From positions 13,251-77,250 of the forward strand of contig JAXGQJ010000009.1 of NCBI GenBank assembly GCA_040766505.1: a stretch of DNA of 64,000 nucleotides, given 5' to 3'. The stretch comes from Clostridiales bacterium. GTDB taxonomy: Bacteria; Bacillota; Dehalobacteriia; UBA7702. The position numbers and the translations under genes were made by a program. Position 1 is the first letter of the stretch, and every line of letters starts with the position of its first letter. The notes beneath the pieces were generated by a model. That model had not been told where the DNA came from, made no database searches, and saw only the letters and a program-made list of their open reading frames with translations. Positions 11,587 to 21,699 of the stretch are shown here, one piece after another.

Positions 11587-11705
11587 AACCGCGGCAGGAT
11601 GTTCCTGTAACAGAACCCCGGCCCCTGCGGCGCCGATTGGCGCTTGAAGGTTGCCGAGGAATTCTGTATTCGAAGGTTCCGGCGCACGGGGCAGCCGGCA
11701 AGATT

Positions 11706-12109
11706 TCATTCCGCCGGGTTCGTTCGGTTCAGTTCCGGCCCCGCCGGCGGTTTTCTTTCCTTTCCCTTGATGGCAACCAGGTGGACGGTGACGCCAATGC
11801 CGACGCAAAGCAGCAGCACCGTCATCCAGGTTTTCCAGATCAGCAGCATCGGGATCGGCAGCGCCAGCCGGAAAGGCGATGGCGCCCGGCCTTTTCTTTG
11901 CGAATAAGCCGCCGCCGGTGCGATAATGCTCATTATAGGGCCCGAATACGCCAGTTATTGCGCAAATAGCGATAGGCCCGTTCGGAACTGGCGGAAAAGC
12001 AGGCCGAGGCCAGCAAGACCAGCGTTGTCGGCAAGATCGGTACGAAAACGCCAATGGCGCCGACGGCCAAAGCCAGCCAGCCGCAGAGGAATAAAACCTT
12101 CCGCTTCAA
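11706..12109 (-). pseudogene. DUF454/YbaN-like small inner-membrane protein, frameshifted
   Basis: (L)KRKVLFLCGWLALAVGAIGVFVPILPTT...ACFSASSERAYRYL from a TTG at 12109, followed by ...MLLIWKTWMTVLLLCVGIGVTVHLV in another frame. Confidence 0.4.
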
Positions 12110-12405
12110 GGGCTTTCGCCCCCTTTTTTTGACACTGGGCGCCGCGGATTCGGGGGGAACCAGCCCTTTTGCACCCGCTCTTCCTGTTCGTACAGCTCCC
12201 GGATGCTCCAAAGGAGGGAAAAACCCAATACGGCGCAAGGGCCGAGACGACGGCGGAGGAAAGAAAGAGCGAGGCGGCGGCAAAGAGCAAGCCGCCCGCA
12301 AGAAAGGCGGGCCAAATCCGTTTCCCAAAATAATATTCCGCCTTGATCACCACCGGATGCAGCAGGCCGATTATCAGGAAGGCGCCGACGCCGATGAGAA
12401 TACCG

Positions 12406-12845
12406 TCAAATGAACCATGCGTTTATACGCCTTTCATAGAGTTTGTTTTCTTCCCGGCTGTCTTGGCGGCAGGAAGGGCAGAGGCCGCGAAAAAACACCT
12501 CGTGGCCGGTGATGGAGAACCCCGTCGCCGCGGTGACCTTTTCATCCATATCGGTGAAGATGGCACCGTCGATGTCGAACAGTTTGCCGCAGCCATCGCA
12601 GCGCAGGTGGGCATGGTCGCCACAGGCCAGTTCGAAGCGCTCCGTCGCGCCGGACAAATCGATTGCTACGTGCCATCCGCCGACAAGAGATTCAAATTCC
12701 GATAAACGGTTCCGAGGCTGATATGGAGCGCCAATGCTTTTTAACTTTCCGCCAATACCTCCTGGGCCGTCGGATGGTTCAAAATCCGCAAAGCATCGAG
12801 AACCATTTGCCGCTGGGCGCTTTGCCGCCTGCCTGTTTCCGCCAT
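12406..12845 (-). pseudogene. Fur family metalloregulator (Zur/PerR-like), frameshifted in the N-terminal half
   Basis: MAETGRRQSAQRQMVLDALRILNHPTAQEV, then ISLGTVYRNLNLL in another frame, then ORF 12406..12657 with HLRCDGCG and LCPSC cysteine pairs. Confidence 0.7.
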
Positions 12846-12898
12846 TTTAACCTCCGCTATAAATCACTATTAAAAGGGGTTTCTATTTAGTCTCCTAT

Positions 12899-12927
12899 AC
12901 TATAAGGGTTTCCGTTCCTTTTGTCAA
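12899..12927 (-). promoter_or_regulatory. sigma-A type promoter of the fur-family gene
   Basis: On the minus strand: TTGACA (12927-12922), 17 nt, then TATAGT (12904-12899). Confidence 0.5.
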
Positions 12928-13077
12928 TATAAAGCAAATGGCGAGAGGGGGATGGCCCGGCATTCCCAAACGCCGCAACGGGCGGCTTTGCCGTCTTTGG
13001 GGCGGAAAATATGCTTCGCACCGCGCCAACAGCGCCGTATGGCGGCATTTTATTTTCCAAACAACAGGGCGCCGATT

Positions 13078-13856
13078 TCAGACAAAGAGTTCCGGCTCCC
13101 TTCTTTCCCGGCAATGGGTTTCCAACAGCGCGATCCTTTGGCGGATATGTTCATCGACAAAGGTTTTCGCATCCTGGGGGCATTCTTTGACGCAGGCGCA
13201 GCGCATAATAGATGCACCCGTCGCCGATCAGAGCCGGGTCATCTGCGTCGATGATGCCCAGAGGACAGACCGCCGCCCCATTGCATACAGAGGACACAAT
13301 CAGGGGATGTGACAGGCCGCGCCGGCGGAAAAGCCGGCCTCTTTATAGGGGCGGTTGCCGGGAATCTGCGGCGGTTGCCCGGGGCCGCCGCCATTTTTGG
13401 ACGATGGCGGCAGCAAAGGCGTCGGCTTTGCGGCAAGATCCGCCGCATCGGGGCAGGCCATGCCTGTAGCCGTCAGCGAATGCTCGCCAATAAAAGCGCC
13501 GGCTGGCGACCACGAAAACCCCGCCGCCGTCAAAAGATCCGCGATTTCCAGCAGCGCATCGTCATAATGGCGGTTGCCATATACGGCGACGGCGATGGCG
13601 GTGGCGCCGTTTCCTTCCAGCTTGGCCATTGGTTCCGCCATCAGCAGGGGAATGCGCCCACCATAAACCGGAACACCGAAAACGACGATCTCATCGCCGG
13701 AAAACCGCAATCCTTCCAAACGGGCGGCGGGCATCGTCAGGTCGACGGCGGTTTTTTGCCCGGAAAATGACGCCGCCAAACCGTCGGCCACGCGTGTTAC
13801 AATTTTTTTCGTCGCCTGGGTGGGGCTAAAATACACCCCCACAATGTTTTTTTCAT
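13078..13856 (-). pseudogene. flavodoxin-like domain fused to a 2x[4Fe-4S] ferredoxin domain (EFR1-like), several frameshifts
   Basis: NIVGVYFSPTQATKKI...VFGVPVYGGRIP (flavodoxin-like), then CNGAAVCPLG and CACVKECP ferredoxin motifs in other frames. The ATG at 13856 is one base out of frame across a T7/A7 run (13847-13853). Confidence 0.6.
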
Positions 13857-13897
13857 CCCGTTCGCTCCCCCTTCTGTTTCGCCGGTTACCCCTTTCC

Positions 13898-14261
13898 TTA
13901 TTTAATGTTCTCCACCAGCTGCACCGTAAGGCCGTCGGGATCCCGCACCATAAAAAAGCGCACATGGGGATTTGGCTGCACCGGGCCGCCGGTGACGGCG
14001 ATGCCTTTTTCCTTGACCATAGCGAGGGCTCTGTCCAGCGAATCCACTTCAAATCCCCAAAGAGATGCCATCCCTGCTTTGGCGGCGCTTTCGCTGTCCT
14101 GAAGAAGCTCGATCTTCGTTTCCCCATCCCCTAAAAAGGCGATCTCCACCTTGGGGCCGGCCTTGAACCGTTCCGCCACCCGCAAACCGATGATTTCGGT
14201 ATAAAACCGGATGGACAGCGCTCCAGATCTTTCACCCGTAGAGTACTCAGATAAATTTCAT
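13898..14261 (-). pseudogene. VOC/glyoxalase-I family protein, frameshifted N-terminus
   Basis: ORF 13898..14185 (ETKIELLQD...VRDPDGLTVQLVE). Upstream MKFI...VKDLER...IRFYTEIIGLRV is readable only by switching frames twice. Confidence 0.6.
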
Positions 14262-14669
14262 TTCACACCTCGAAACACAATGCATGGCCGCCGCGGAAGC
14301 GTTTTCCCCGCCTTGCGCGGCGATAGGATATTTACGTATGATACGGTGATAACCTTCATCGAGATAACCTTTCATGCCCGCATGGCCGTTCATATCCGCC
14401 AGCATGGCCAGGCCCGCGCGCCGGCTCTGTTCATAAACGCCCAGCGCCTTTGAACAGGCCAGGCAAACACCGGCGATCAGCCCCAAATCCTTCGCTTTTT
14501 TATAGAGCGGATGGTTCTCCTCTTCAAAAACCGGTACCAAACGAACCGACGCACCCTCAAAAATAATTTTGACCTCTCTGCCGTCCGCGGCCAAATCCAG
14601 CGCATTCAGCAATATATGCTGAAAACACGCCTTTTCGCCGGTCATGCCATAATATAGAATCTTATCCAT
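14247..14669 (-). CDS. DsrE/DsrF-like family protein
   Basis: MDKILYYGMTGEKACFQHILLNALDLAADGREVKIIFEGASV...CLACSKALGV. The C-terminal tail is probably over-extended, since it overlaps the next gene's start. Confidence 0.5.
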   Translation of the reverse strand: MDKILYYGMTGEKACFQHILLNALDLAADGREVKIIFEGASVRLVPVFEEENHPLYKKAKDLGLIAGVCLACSKALGVYEQSRRAGLAMLADMNGHAGMKGYLDEGYHRIIRKYPIAAQGGENASAAAMHCVSRCEMKFI

Positions 14670-14988
14670 CGTTTGCCCTCCCTTTGCCTTTTATATCGCG
14701 GCTTATGCCTTTCGCCGCCGTGCTTGGGCACCTCCCGGTCTTTGCCGGGGCCTTCGCCGTCGGACCGTACCCGCCTATCTTTCCCCGCCTTCTAGAATTT
14801 AATTGTATGATACCATGTTCAGCCCCATAAAAAAAGCCATATTTCTCCGGAGCGCTGGAAATCGGTTTCGCGCCGCGCTTCTCCGGCTCCTTTAACCGGC
14901 CGCCCCCCAAGCGCGCCCAAAACCCGGGCATCGCTTCCCCTATCCGGTCGGCGGCGATGCCCGTTCGATTCCGCCATAGACGCAAACC

Positions 14989-15018
14989 AAAAACCAGCGC
15001 CGACAAAGGCGGCGCTGG
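14989..15018. terminator. bidirectional rho-independent terminator after the tRNA cluster
   Basis: A 9-bp stem, CCAGCGCCG / CGGCGCTGG, with a 7-nt loop, flanked by A5 on one side and T5 on the other. Confidence 0.7.
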
Positions 15019-15022
15019 TTTT

Positions 15023-15096
15023 TGGAGCGGGTGATGGGAATCGAACCCACGTGTTCGGCTTGGGAAGCCGACGCTCTGCCATTGAGCTACACCCGC
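15023..15096 (-). tRNA. tRNA-Gly (anticodon CCC)
   Basis: GCGGGTG/CACCCGC acceptor stem, anticodon loop TTCCCAA, GGTTCGATTCC T-arm, encoded CCA. Confidence 0.9.
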
Positions 15097-15147
15097 ATAT
15101 GAAGCGGTACTCCGCAAAGGATTTTGCAGAGTACCTTACAGGCGGTT

Positions 15148-15224
15148 TGGTGACCCGTAGGGGATTCGAACCCCTGAATGCCAGCGTGAAAGGCTGGTGA
15201 GTTAAGCCGCTTCTCCAACGGGCC
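15148..15224 (-). tRNA. tRNA-Glu (anticodon UUC)
   Basis: GGCCCGT/ACGGGTC acceptor stem, anticodon loop CTTTCAC, GGTTCGAATCC T-arm, encoded CCA. Confidence 0.88.
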
Positions 15225-15228
15225 AAAA

Positions 15229-15304
15229 TGGTGAGCCATCGGCGACTCGAACGCCGGACACCCTGATTAAAAGTCAGGTGCTCTACCTACTGAGCTAATG
15301 GCTC
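15229..15304 (-). tRNA. tRNA-Lys (anticodon UUU)
   Basis: GAGCCAT/ATGGCTC acceptor stem, anticodon loop CTTTTAA, GTTCGAGTC T-arm, encoded CCA. It lies 4 nt upstream of tRNA-Glu. Confidence 0.9.
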
Positions 15305-15317
15305 GTCACAAGACCTT

Positions 15318-15346
15318 ATTTTATAGCATAGAATGGGGATTGTCAA
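15318..15346 (-). promoter_or_regulatory. sigma-A promoter of the tRNA Lys-Glu-Gly operon
   Basis: On the minus strand: TTGACA (15346-15341), 17 nt, then TAAAAT (15323-15318). This is about 14 nt upstream of the tRNA-Lys 5-prime end. Confidence 0.65.
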
Positions 15347-15386
15347 CCCCCTTTTCCCTGTTCTGCAAGGATTTCTCGCCGTTTTT

Positions 15387-16675
15387 TTATACGGAGAAGC
15401 CACGGACAATGGTTTGGCTTCTCTCGGGGCCCACGGCGATGATCGACGCCTTGACCCCGGTCAGCGCCTCCAGCCTTTCGATATAGCGGCGGGCATTCTC
15501 CGGCAGATCCTCATAGCGGCGGGCGTCCCCGTCGGCTGTTTCCAGCCGGGGTGGCTTTCATAGATCGGTTTGCAGTGGTTTAGGATCTGAAGCCCCGCCG
15601 GGAATTCCTTTAAAACCTGGCCCCGGTATTCATAGCCGGTACAAATTTTGATCTCGGCAAAATCATCGAGTACATCCAGCTTCGTGATGGCCAAATCCGT
15701 CAGGCCATTGATGCGGACGCTATAGCGCAGCGCCACCAGATCCAGCCAACCGCAGCGGCGGGGCCGCCCGGTGGTCACGCCGAACTCGCCGCCGGTTTGG
15801 CGGAGCCGCTCGCCGGTTTCATCCTCCAATTCCGTGGGGAAGGGGCCGCTGCCCACACGGGTGGCATAGGCTTTGGAGACGCCGATCACCTGGCGTACCT
15901 CCCGGGGGCCAAAGCCCGCGCCGACCAAAGCGCCGCCGGAAACCGGGTTCGAGGAAGTGACAAACGGATAGGTGCCATGGTCCACGTCGAGATGGGTGCC
16001 TTGGGCGCCTTCCAGCAACACCTTTTTACCGGCTTTCAACTGCTCGTCCAATAGCAGCGCCGTATCGGCGATATAGGGTTTCGCTTCCGCCGCCAGCGCC
16101 ATAAATTCCCGGACGATCGGTTCCGGCTGAAAGGGTTCGGCGCCATAGATCTTTTCCAATAGCGGGTTTTTCTGGTCGAGGGCCAGCCCCAGCTTGCGGC
16201 GAAATTCCCCTTCATCGAGCAGATCCGCCAGCCGTATGCCGATGCGGTTGATCTTATCGACATAGGCGGGGCCGATGCCGCGCTTCGTCGTACCGATCTT
16301 GCCCTCGGCCTTGGCCTCTTCTTCCAGCGCGTCGAGAACTTTATGGTAGGGCATAATCAGGTGGGCCCGTTCGGAGATATAAAAACGGTCAAAGGAAAGA
16401 CCGCGTTCCTTTAAAGCGCGGATTTCAGCGAGCAGCACCGCCAAATCGACGACGACGCTGTTACCGATCAGGCAGAGGCAATCTTTATAAAGAATTCCCG
16501 AAGGTACGAGATGGAGTTTATAAACTGCGTCGCCGGAGATCACCGTATGCCCCGCATTGTTGCCGCCCTGATAGCGTACGACGACTTCCGCAGTGTTCGC
16601 CAAAAAATCTGTTATCTTGCCTTTACCCTCGTCGCCCCATTGGGCGCCTACCAAAATCGTTGCTGCCATTGTCAA
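15387..16675 (-). pseudogene. purA: adenylosuccinate synthase, one frameshift near 15555
   Basis: GAQWGDEGKGK P-loop; ORF 15461..16675. The true tail ...[43 protein letters not shown]-stop is in another frame and ends at 15387. Confidence 0.88.
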
Positions 16676-16767
16676 CCCGCCTTTCTATCGCTGCCGCCCA
16701 AAACGCTGCCGCGCAGCCAGTTTGCCGCCGCTCCTTTTGGCGGCCCGCCTACCATCCAAACAGTTCT

Positions 16768-16796
16768 ATTATAAGGGAGTTTCAGGGGGATGTCAA
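16768..16796 (-). promoter_or_regulatory. consensus sigma-A promoter of purA
   Basis: On the minus strand: TTGACA (16796-16791), 17 nt, then TATAAT (16773-16768). Confidence 0.65.
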
Positions 16797-16817
16797 ACCC
16801 GGGTAAGCGCCGGCGGC

Positions 16818-17018
16818 CTAGCCTATGATGGATTTTAAAAGCATCATTAGCGCGACCAGAATCCAAAGAAGGGCGAGCAAGCCCACAGCCAACCGGTTCC
16901 TTTTCGTCACTTCCCGCTGCCGTTTATAGAAGGCCCTGTCGAGAAGCGCCATCACCTTGCCGCCATTGCACAGTCCATAGACGCCGATCAGCAAAATCAA
17001 GACCGCCACCGCCGTCAT
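16818..17018 (-). CDS. small two-TM membrane protein, hypothetical
   Basis: 66 aa with two hydrophobic helices flanking a basic loop (KRQREVTKRNR). ATGA overlap with the pfkA stop. Confidence 0.4.
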   Translation of the reverse strand: MTAVAVLILLIGVYGLCNGGKVMALLDRAFYKRQREVTKRNRLAVGLLALLWILVALMMLLKSIIG

Positions 17019-18103
17019 CCCGCCGCCTCCTCTCCGAAAGAGATCCCGAGGCCCCGGGCGGTGGCCACCAGATTGCCGCCGGGATCGACGGTTTTAAGCC
17101 GTTCCAGCGCCTTTTCCAATTCCACCACGGAAATTTCGCCATTGCAGAGGCAAACCATATGCCGATCCTTCCCCGCCAGGGCCGCTTCCACCGCCGCCAC
17201 GCCGTAACGGGAAGCGAGCACCCGGTCGAAAGCCACGGGACTGCCGCCCCGCTGCAGGTGGCCGAGAACCGTATTGCGGGCTTCCGGCCCGCCTTTGGCC
17301 ATGATTTCCCGGCGCAGCACCTCGCCGATGCCGCCCAGGCGAAGGGCATTGTAATCGTTTCCCTCATTGGTTTCCCGGGCGACGGCTTGTCCTTCGTAGA
17401 GGCAGCCCTCGGCGACGACAACGATGCTGAAGTGCCGCCCGGCTTTCGCCCGTTCGTAAACCTTTTCCAGGATCCCTTCAACGGTGAACGGAATTTCCGG
17501 GATCAAAATCACATCGGCGCCGCCGGCAATGCCGGCATAGAGGGCGATAAAACCGGCGTCCCGGCCCATCAGCTCCAAAATCATGACGCGGTGATGGCTT
17601 TCTGCGGTGGTGTGCAGGCGATCGATGGCTTCGGTGGCGGTTTCCACCGCCGTTTGAAAGCCGAAGGTCACATCGGTGGCGGCCAAATCGTTGTCGATGG
17701 TTTTGGGGACGCCGACAATGCCGAGGCCCAGCCCGGCCAATTTGTCGCCGATGTGCATCGTGCCATCGCCGCCGATGACGATGATTCTTTCCAGCCCCGC
17801 CGCCGCGGCGTTTTGCAGCAAAACCCCGCTTTCATCGCGATGGGATTCCACCCCGCCGACGACCCGCCGAAAGTGAAAGGGATTGTCCCGGTTGCTGGTT
17901 CCCAAGATGGTGCCGCCCTTCGGCAAAATACCCTGAACCTCCCGGGGGCCGAGGGGCAAAAAATTGCCTTCGATCAGGCCTTTAAAGCCGTCACGGATGC
18001 CGACGGTTTCAATGCCCTGCCCCGCCGCCATCTTCACGGCGGCGCGGATCACCGCATTGAGGCCCGGGCAATCGCCGCCGCCGGTCAAAATGCCAAGTTT
18101 CAT
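17015..18103 (-). CDS. pfkA: 6-phosphofructokinase
   Basis: MKLGILTGGGDCPGLNAVIRA. GGAGGTG RBS 6 nt before the ATG at 18103. Intact. Confidence 0.9.
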   Translation of the reverse strand: MKLGILTGGGDCPGLNAVIRAAVKMAAGQGIETVGIRDGFKGLIEGNFLPLGPREVQGILPKGGTILGTSNRDNPFHFRRVVGGVESHRDESGVLLQNAAAAGLERIIVIGGDGTMHIGDKLAGLGLGIVGVPKTIDNDLAATDVTFGFQTAVETATEAIDRLHTTAESHHRVMILELMGRDAGFIALYAGIAGGADVILIPEIPFTVEGILEKVYERAKAGRHFSIVVVAEGCLYEGQAVARETNEGNDYNALRLGGIGEVLRREIMAKGGPEARNTVLGHLQRGGSPVAFDRVLASRYGVAAVEAALAGKDRHMVCLCNGEISVVELEKALERLKTVDPGGNLVATARGLGISFGEEAAG

Positions 18104-18182
18104 CAAAGCCACCTCCTTCTTTATAGCATAGCAGGAAAATCCGGCTTTGAATAGAATTATTTTTTAGAGAGGGGGGATCTGT

Positions 18183-18368
18183 ATGCCCATCATCACTTTG
18201 GAGATTTTTCCTGGCCGCGGCAAGGAAACCAAGCGGGCTTTGGCCCAAAATGTCGCCCACACCGTCGCCGAAACCCTGCATGTGGACATCGATAGCGTGA
18301 CCATCCTGATCAAAGAGATCGAGAAGGAAAACTTCTCCGTCGGCGGCGAGCTGTTTTGTGACAAGTGA
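18183..18368 (+). CDS. 4-oxalocrotonate tautomerase family protein
   Basis: 61 aa, MPIITLEIF (catalytic Pro1), with a typical 4-OT length. Confidence 0.8.
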   Translation: MPIITLEIFPGRGKETKRALAQNVAHTVAETLHVDIDSVTILIKEIEKENFSVGGELFCDK

Positions 18369-18370
18369 GC

Positions 18371-18408
18371 AAAAAAAATGAACCGGACACCTGGCAAGCG
18401 GTGTCCGG
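18371..18408. terminator. shared terminator hairpin between the convergent 4-OT gene and spoVT
   Basis: CCGGACACC-tggcaagc-GGTGTCCGG is preceded by A8, which reads as a T8 tract for the minus-strand spoVT transcript. Confidence 0.65.
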
Positions 18409-18427
18409 CGGTATCTTTGCTTTCCAT

Positions 18428-18991
18428 TTATTGCTCCAATTGCTTGGCGAGGAAACCGGCGGCGGTTTCCGCCAATTTCTGCTCCATATCTCCCATGCGG
18501 ACGCCGGCTTCCTTTGAACAGATGACCACCGTGCCGATCACATCCCCCTGGGGGATGATCGGCGCCACGCAAATGCCGGACATCTCATTCACCTCTTCCG
18601 TTTCCACCAGGGAGAGCAGTTCTTTATTGACTTCCTCCTGTATTTGGTTGACGATGAGGGTTCGCCGATCCGCCATCACCTTTTCGATGATGGGGCCGAC
18701 GGGCTTTTTCATGTATTCCTTTTTGGAACCGCCGCTAACCGCGATGATCATGTCCCGGTCGGCAATCAGAACGATATGCCCCAAAGCATCGCTCAGCGAT
18801 TCCGCGTATTCCCGGGCAAAATCACTTAACTCGCTGATCGGAGAGTACTTTTTTAAAATCACTTCCCCATCCCGATCCACAAATATTTCCAACGGATCGC
18901 CTTCCCGGATTCGCATCGTACGGCGAATTTCTTTCGGGATCACAACGCGGCCTAAATCATCGATTCTTCGCACAATTCCCGTTGCTTTCAT
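18428..18991 (-). CDS. spoVT: stage V sporulation protein T (AbrB-family regulator)
   Basis: MKATGIVRRIDDLGRVVIPKEIRRTMRIREGDPLEIF swapped-hairpin N-domain plus a GAF-like C-domain. The start is at M13 of the track ORF. Confidence 0.88.
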   Translation of the reverse strand: MKATGIVRRIDDLGRVVIPKEIRRTMRIREGDPLEIFVDRDGEVILKKYSPISELSDFAREYAESLSDALGHIVLIADRDMIIAVSGGSKKEYMKKPVGPIIEKVMADRRTLIVNQIQEEVNKELLSLVETEEVNEMSGICVAPIIPQGDVIGTVVICSKEAGVRMGDMEQKLAETAAGFLAKQLEQ

Positions 18992-19113
18992 ATAAAGTAT
19001 CCCTCCATAAAATCCTAAATTAAACAAATTTACCGTTTTACGTCTTTTCAGCTCTAGTATGGGCCTTCATGGAAGGTTTTATACGAAGCGCTTTCGGCCG
19101 TTTTTGGCGGCAA

Positions 19114-19160
19114 AGAAAAAAATCCCGGCGGCTTTTGGGGGAAGCGCCGGGAGTTTTTTT
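19114..19160. terminator. bidirectional terminator downstream of panB
   Basis: CCCGGCG...CGCCGGG stem flanked by an A7 tract and a T7 tract. Confidence 0.6.
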
Positions 19161-19169
19161 CATCCGCCT

Positions 19170-20015
19170 TTATTTATATTCTTCAAACAGGGCGGCAAAG
19201 GCTTCGGGGGAATCGGTGATGTGGTAAACATGTTGGTCTTCCGGGAACCGGCCCGTCAACACATCGTCGATATAGGCCTTAAAGGCGTCGGTTTCGATCC
19301 GGGCCAGATCGGCATATTTCTTTACAAATTTCGGCGTGAAGGCTTGGAACATACCCAAAAGGTCGCCGCAGATCATCAGTTGGCCGTCGGCGGGGCCGGC
19401 GCCGATGCTGTACACCGGAATCGAAAGTTTTTCCTGGATAAATTTCGTCAGTTCCGGCGGCACCGCCTCCAAAAGCAGGGAATAGGCGCCGGCCTGTTCG
19501 ACGGCGAGGGCGTCCTCGATGACGAGGCGGGCGTTCTTCACATCCCGGCCCTGGGCCTTAAAGCCGCCCAATTGGCCGGAGCTTTGGGGCGTTAAACCCA
19601 AATGGCCGATGACGGGGATGCCGGCGTCGGTGATGGCGCGGATCCTGGGGGCCACGCGGATGCCGCCTTCCAGCTTGATGCAGTCGCAAGCGGCTTCCTT
19701 GATGAAACGGCCGGCATTTTCCACCGCGCTTTCATTGCTCACCTGGTAAGACATGAAGGGCATATCCCCGACGATCCAGGTATGGGCGCCGCGGCGCACC
19801 GCCTGGCAATGGGAGATGCAATCCGCCATCGTGACGGGATTGGTGCCTTCATAGCCCAAAACGACCATACCGAGGGAATCGCCGACGAGAATCATATCGA
19901 TACCGGCGGTTTCCGCAAAGGTGGCGGTGGGGAAGTCATAGGCGGTGACCCAGGTCACCTGTTCCTTGTTCTTCTTCATTTCATAGAAATCAAGAATGGT
20001 CTTTTTCTTTTTCAT
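19170..20015 (-). CDS. panB: 3-methyl-2-oxobutanoate hydroxymethyltransferase
   Basis: 281 aa with VTWVTAYDFPTA...LVGDSLGMVVLGY motifs. Intact. Confidence 0.88.
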   Translation of the reverse strand: MKKKKTILDFYEMKKNKEQVTWVTAYDFPTATFAETAGIDMILVGDSLGMVVLGYEGTNPVTMADCISHCQAVRRGAHTWIVGDMPFMSYQVSNESAVENAGRFIKEAACDCIKLEGGIRVAPRIRAITDAGIPVIGHLGLTPQSSGQLGGFKAQGRDVKNARLVIEDALAVEQAGAYSLLLEAVPPELTKFIQEKLSIPVYSIGAGPADGQLMICGDLLGMFQAFTPKFVKKYADLARIETDAFKAYIDDVLTGRFPEDQHVYHITDSPEAFAALFEEYK

Positions 20016-20037
20016 CCAATCACCTCATTCTTGCCGT

Positions 20038-21673
20038 TTAACGGCTTGCTCTTTTGCTCTTCCACTTCTCATATTTCCGTTCCAGGAAGGTGCCGCGTAC
20101 CGCGATTTCCTCGGGATCGTCCGGGGCTTCGGCCACAGCATCCTCGTAGACATACATGCCCCTTTCATCCTTGGGCCGCTTCGCCATATACCAGACGAAA
20201 CCGCCAAGCATGATAAGGCCCACAAACAGAATCGGGAGGCCGGCGAAGGTTTTGACCATCTTGATGCCGTCGATGCCGCCGGACAAGGTGAAAACCAGGG
20301 AGGAAAGGCCCATGGTAATGCCCCAGAAAATCTTCAGCGCGATCGGGGCTTCCTTGATATTGTTGTTGTTTTTCAGGGTCATGGTGGAAATGGTGGACGT
20401 CATCGAGTCGGCCAGCGTGACAAAGGAAAAAGCGATGGTGATGATCATAACCGGCTTAACGATGGCGGCCAAAGGCAGGAGATCAAAGGCGGAGAAGGTC
20501 AGCGCCTCGGCGCCCTGCTGGAGATAAACGCTGAAAATGTCGGATGCCTTCGAAAAGCTGGGCATGGAGAACAATGCCGCCGAAAACCGAGAACCAGAAG
20601 AAGGCGAACACCGCCGGCAACAGCCAGTTGACGATTACGAATTGGCGGATGGTGCGGCCATAACCGAGGCGCACGCAGAAAAGGCCGACGATGGGGCCAA
20701 AGGAAAGCCAATCGACCCACCAGTACATATCCCACCATTGGGGCCACAGTTCGCTGTCGGGGAACGGCGCCGTGAAGGTCATGCCTTCGAGGAAATTGGC
20801 GAAATAGGAGCCGGTGGATTGGGTGAACAGATTAAAGATATAGGCCGTCGGCCCGAAAAGGAGCACAAAAACCATCAGGACAATGAAAATCCAGGTATTC
20901 TTGTCGCTCAGCCAGGCGATGCCGCGCTTCAGCCCCGAGGTGCTGGAGATCGTATAGCCCACAACGATCGAGAGGGCGATCAAAGAATAGACGATGGCGG
21001 AAGGGGAAATACCAAAAACCATATTGAGTCCGCTGCCCAACTGCAGCAAGCCGTAACCGAGGGAACCCGCGACGCCGCCAGTGATGGCAAAGACGGTTAA
21101 GGTATCGATGATGCCGGCAAATTTCCTTTGGTCGCCCGGTCGCCCAGCATCGGCACGAAACCGGAGCTGACATTGTAGGCTTCCGCATATTGTAATAGGC
21201 ATAGGCGATGATGACGCCGAAGGTAACATAAATCGCATACGGCGTAAAAGACCAATGTAAAAACGATGTCCGCATGGCCCAGATCACCGCTTCATTGCTT
21301 TCCGGCGTCAGGCCCAGGCCGGGCGCCGGTTGCATTGTGAAGAGCAGAGGCTTCCACGGAACCCCAGAACACGATGCCGGTGCCGATGCCGGCGCAGAGG
21401 GCGATGGAAAACCAGCGCCAGGTGCTCATCCGCGGCGTGGCATTGGGGCCGCCCAATTTAATTTTCCAACGGGGTGGAAGATCAGCACGACCATAAAGGC
21501 AACCATAATCACCATGCCGATGCTGACCATCCAGCCAAAGGTTTGCATCAGCGTTTCAAACCAACCGTTTAAAACGGAAATAAATCCTTCCGGGTTCAAA
21601 AGCCGACGATGATCAGGGTCAGGAAAATCGCACAAGGTATCAATAAAACGCCCCAGCGAAGATTTTTAATCAT
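20038..21673 (-). pseudogene. BCCT family (betaine/carnitine/choline-type) transporter, at least 3 frameshifts
   Basis: Pieces lie in ORFs 21426..21635, 20832..21335, 20483..21238 and 20038..20574. BCCT signature WPQWWDMYWWVDWLSFGPIVGLFCVRLGYGRTIRQF. The ATG at 21673 gives MIKNLRWGVLLIP. Confidence 0.8.
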
Positions 21674-21699
21674 AGAAGGTTCATCCTTGTATTATAGAG

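Noticed and set aside
9253-11701. Long minus-strand ORFs (9253..10050, 10739..11701, 11017..11505) opposite cadA
   Set aside because: Their translations are Arg/Pro/Gly/Ala-rich and low-complexity, with no motifs. The plus strand carries HMA, CPC, DKTGT and GDGINDAP motifs. These are shadow ORFs typical of high-GC DNA.
12106-12353. Small membrane-protein gene (MVIKAEYYFGKRIWPAFLAGGLLFAAASLF...) upstream of the YbaN-like gene
   Set aside because: It is readable only by frame switching and has no recognisable family motif or clear RBS. The support is too weak to list it as a feature.
14670-14815. Assigning the DsrE-operon leader to a specific riboswitch class (SAM-I/IV, ykkC, glycine)
   Set aside because: Only short partial matches to each consensus were found, and I could not form the required P1 or junction architecture. 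It is kept only as an unclassified structured leader.
17159-18154. 331-aa plus-strand ORF opposite pfkA. Similar long antisense ORFs lie at 24278..25471, 29306..30142, 36503..37366, 41692..42531, 51863..52855, 59402..60931 and 60828..61943.
   Set aside because: Each lies antisense to a gene with clear family motifs. Their composition is dominated by G/R/P/A/H, and none has an RBS. They are rejected as non-coding shadows.
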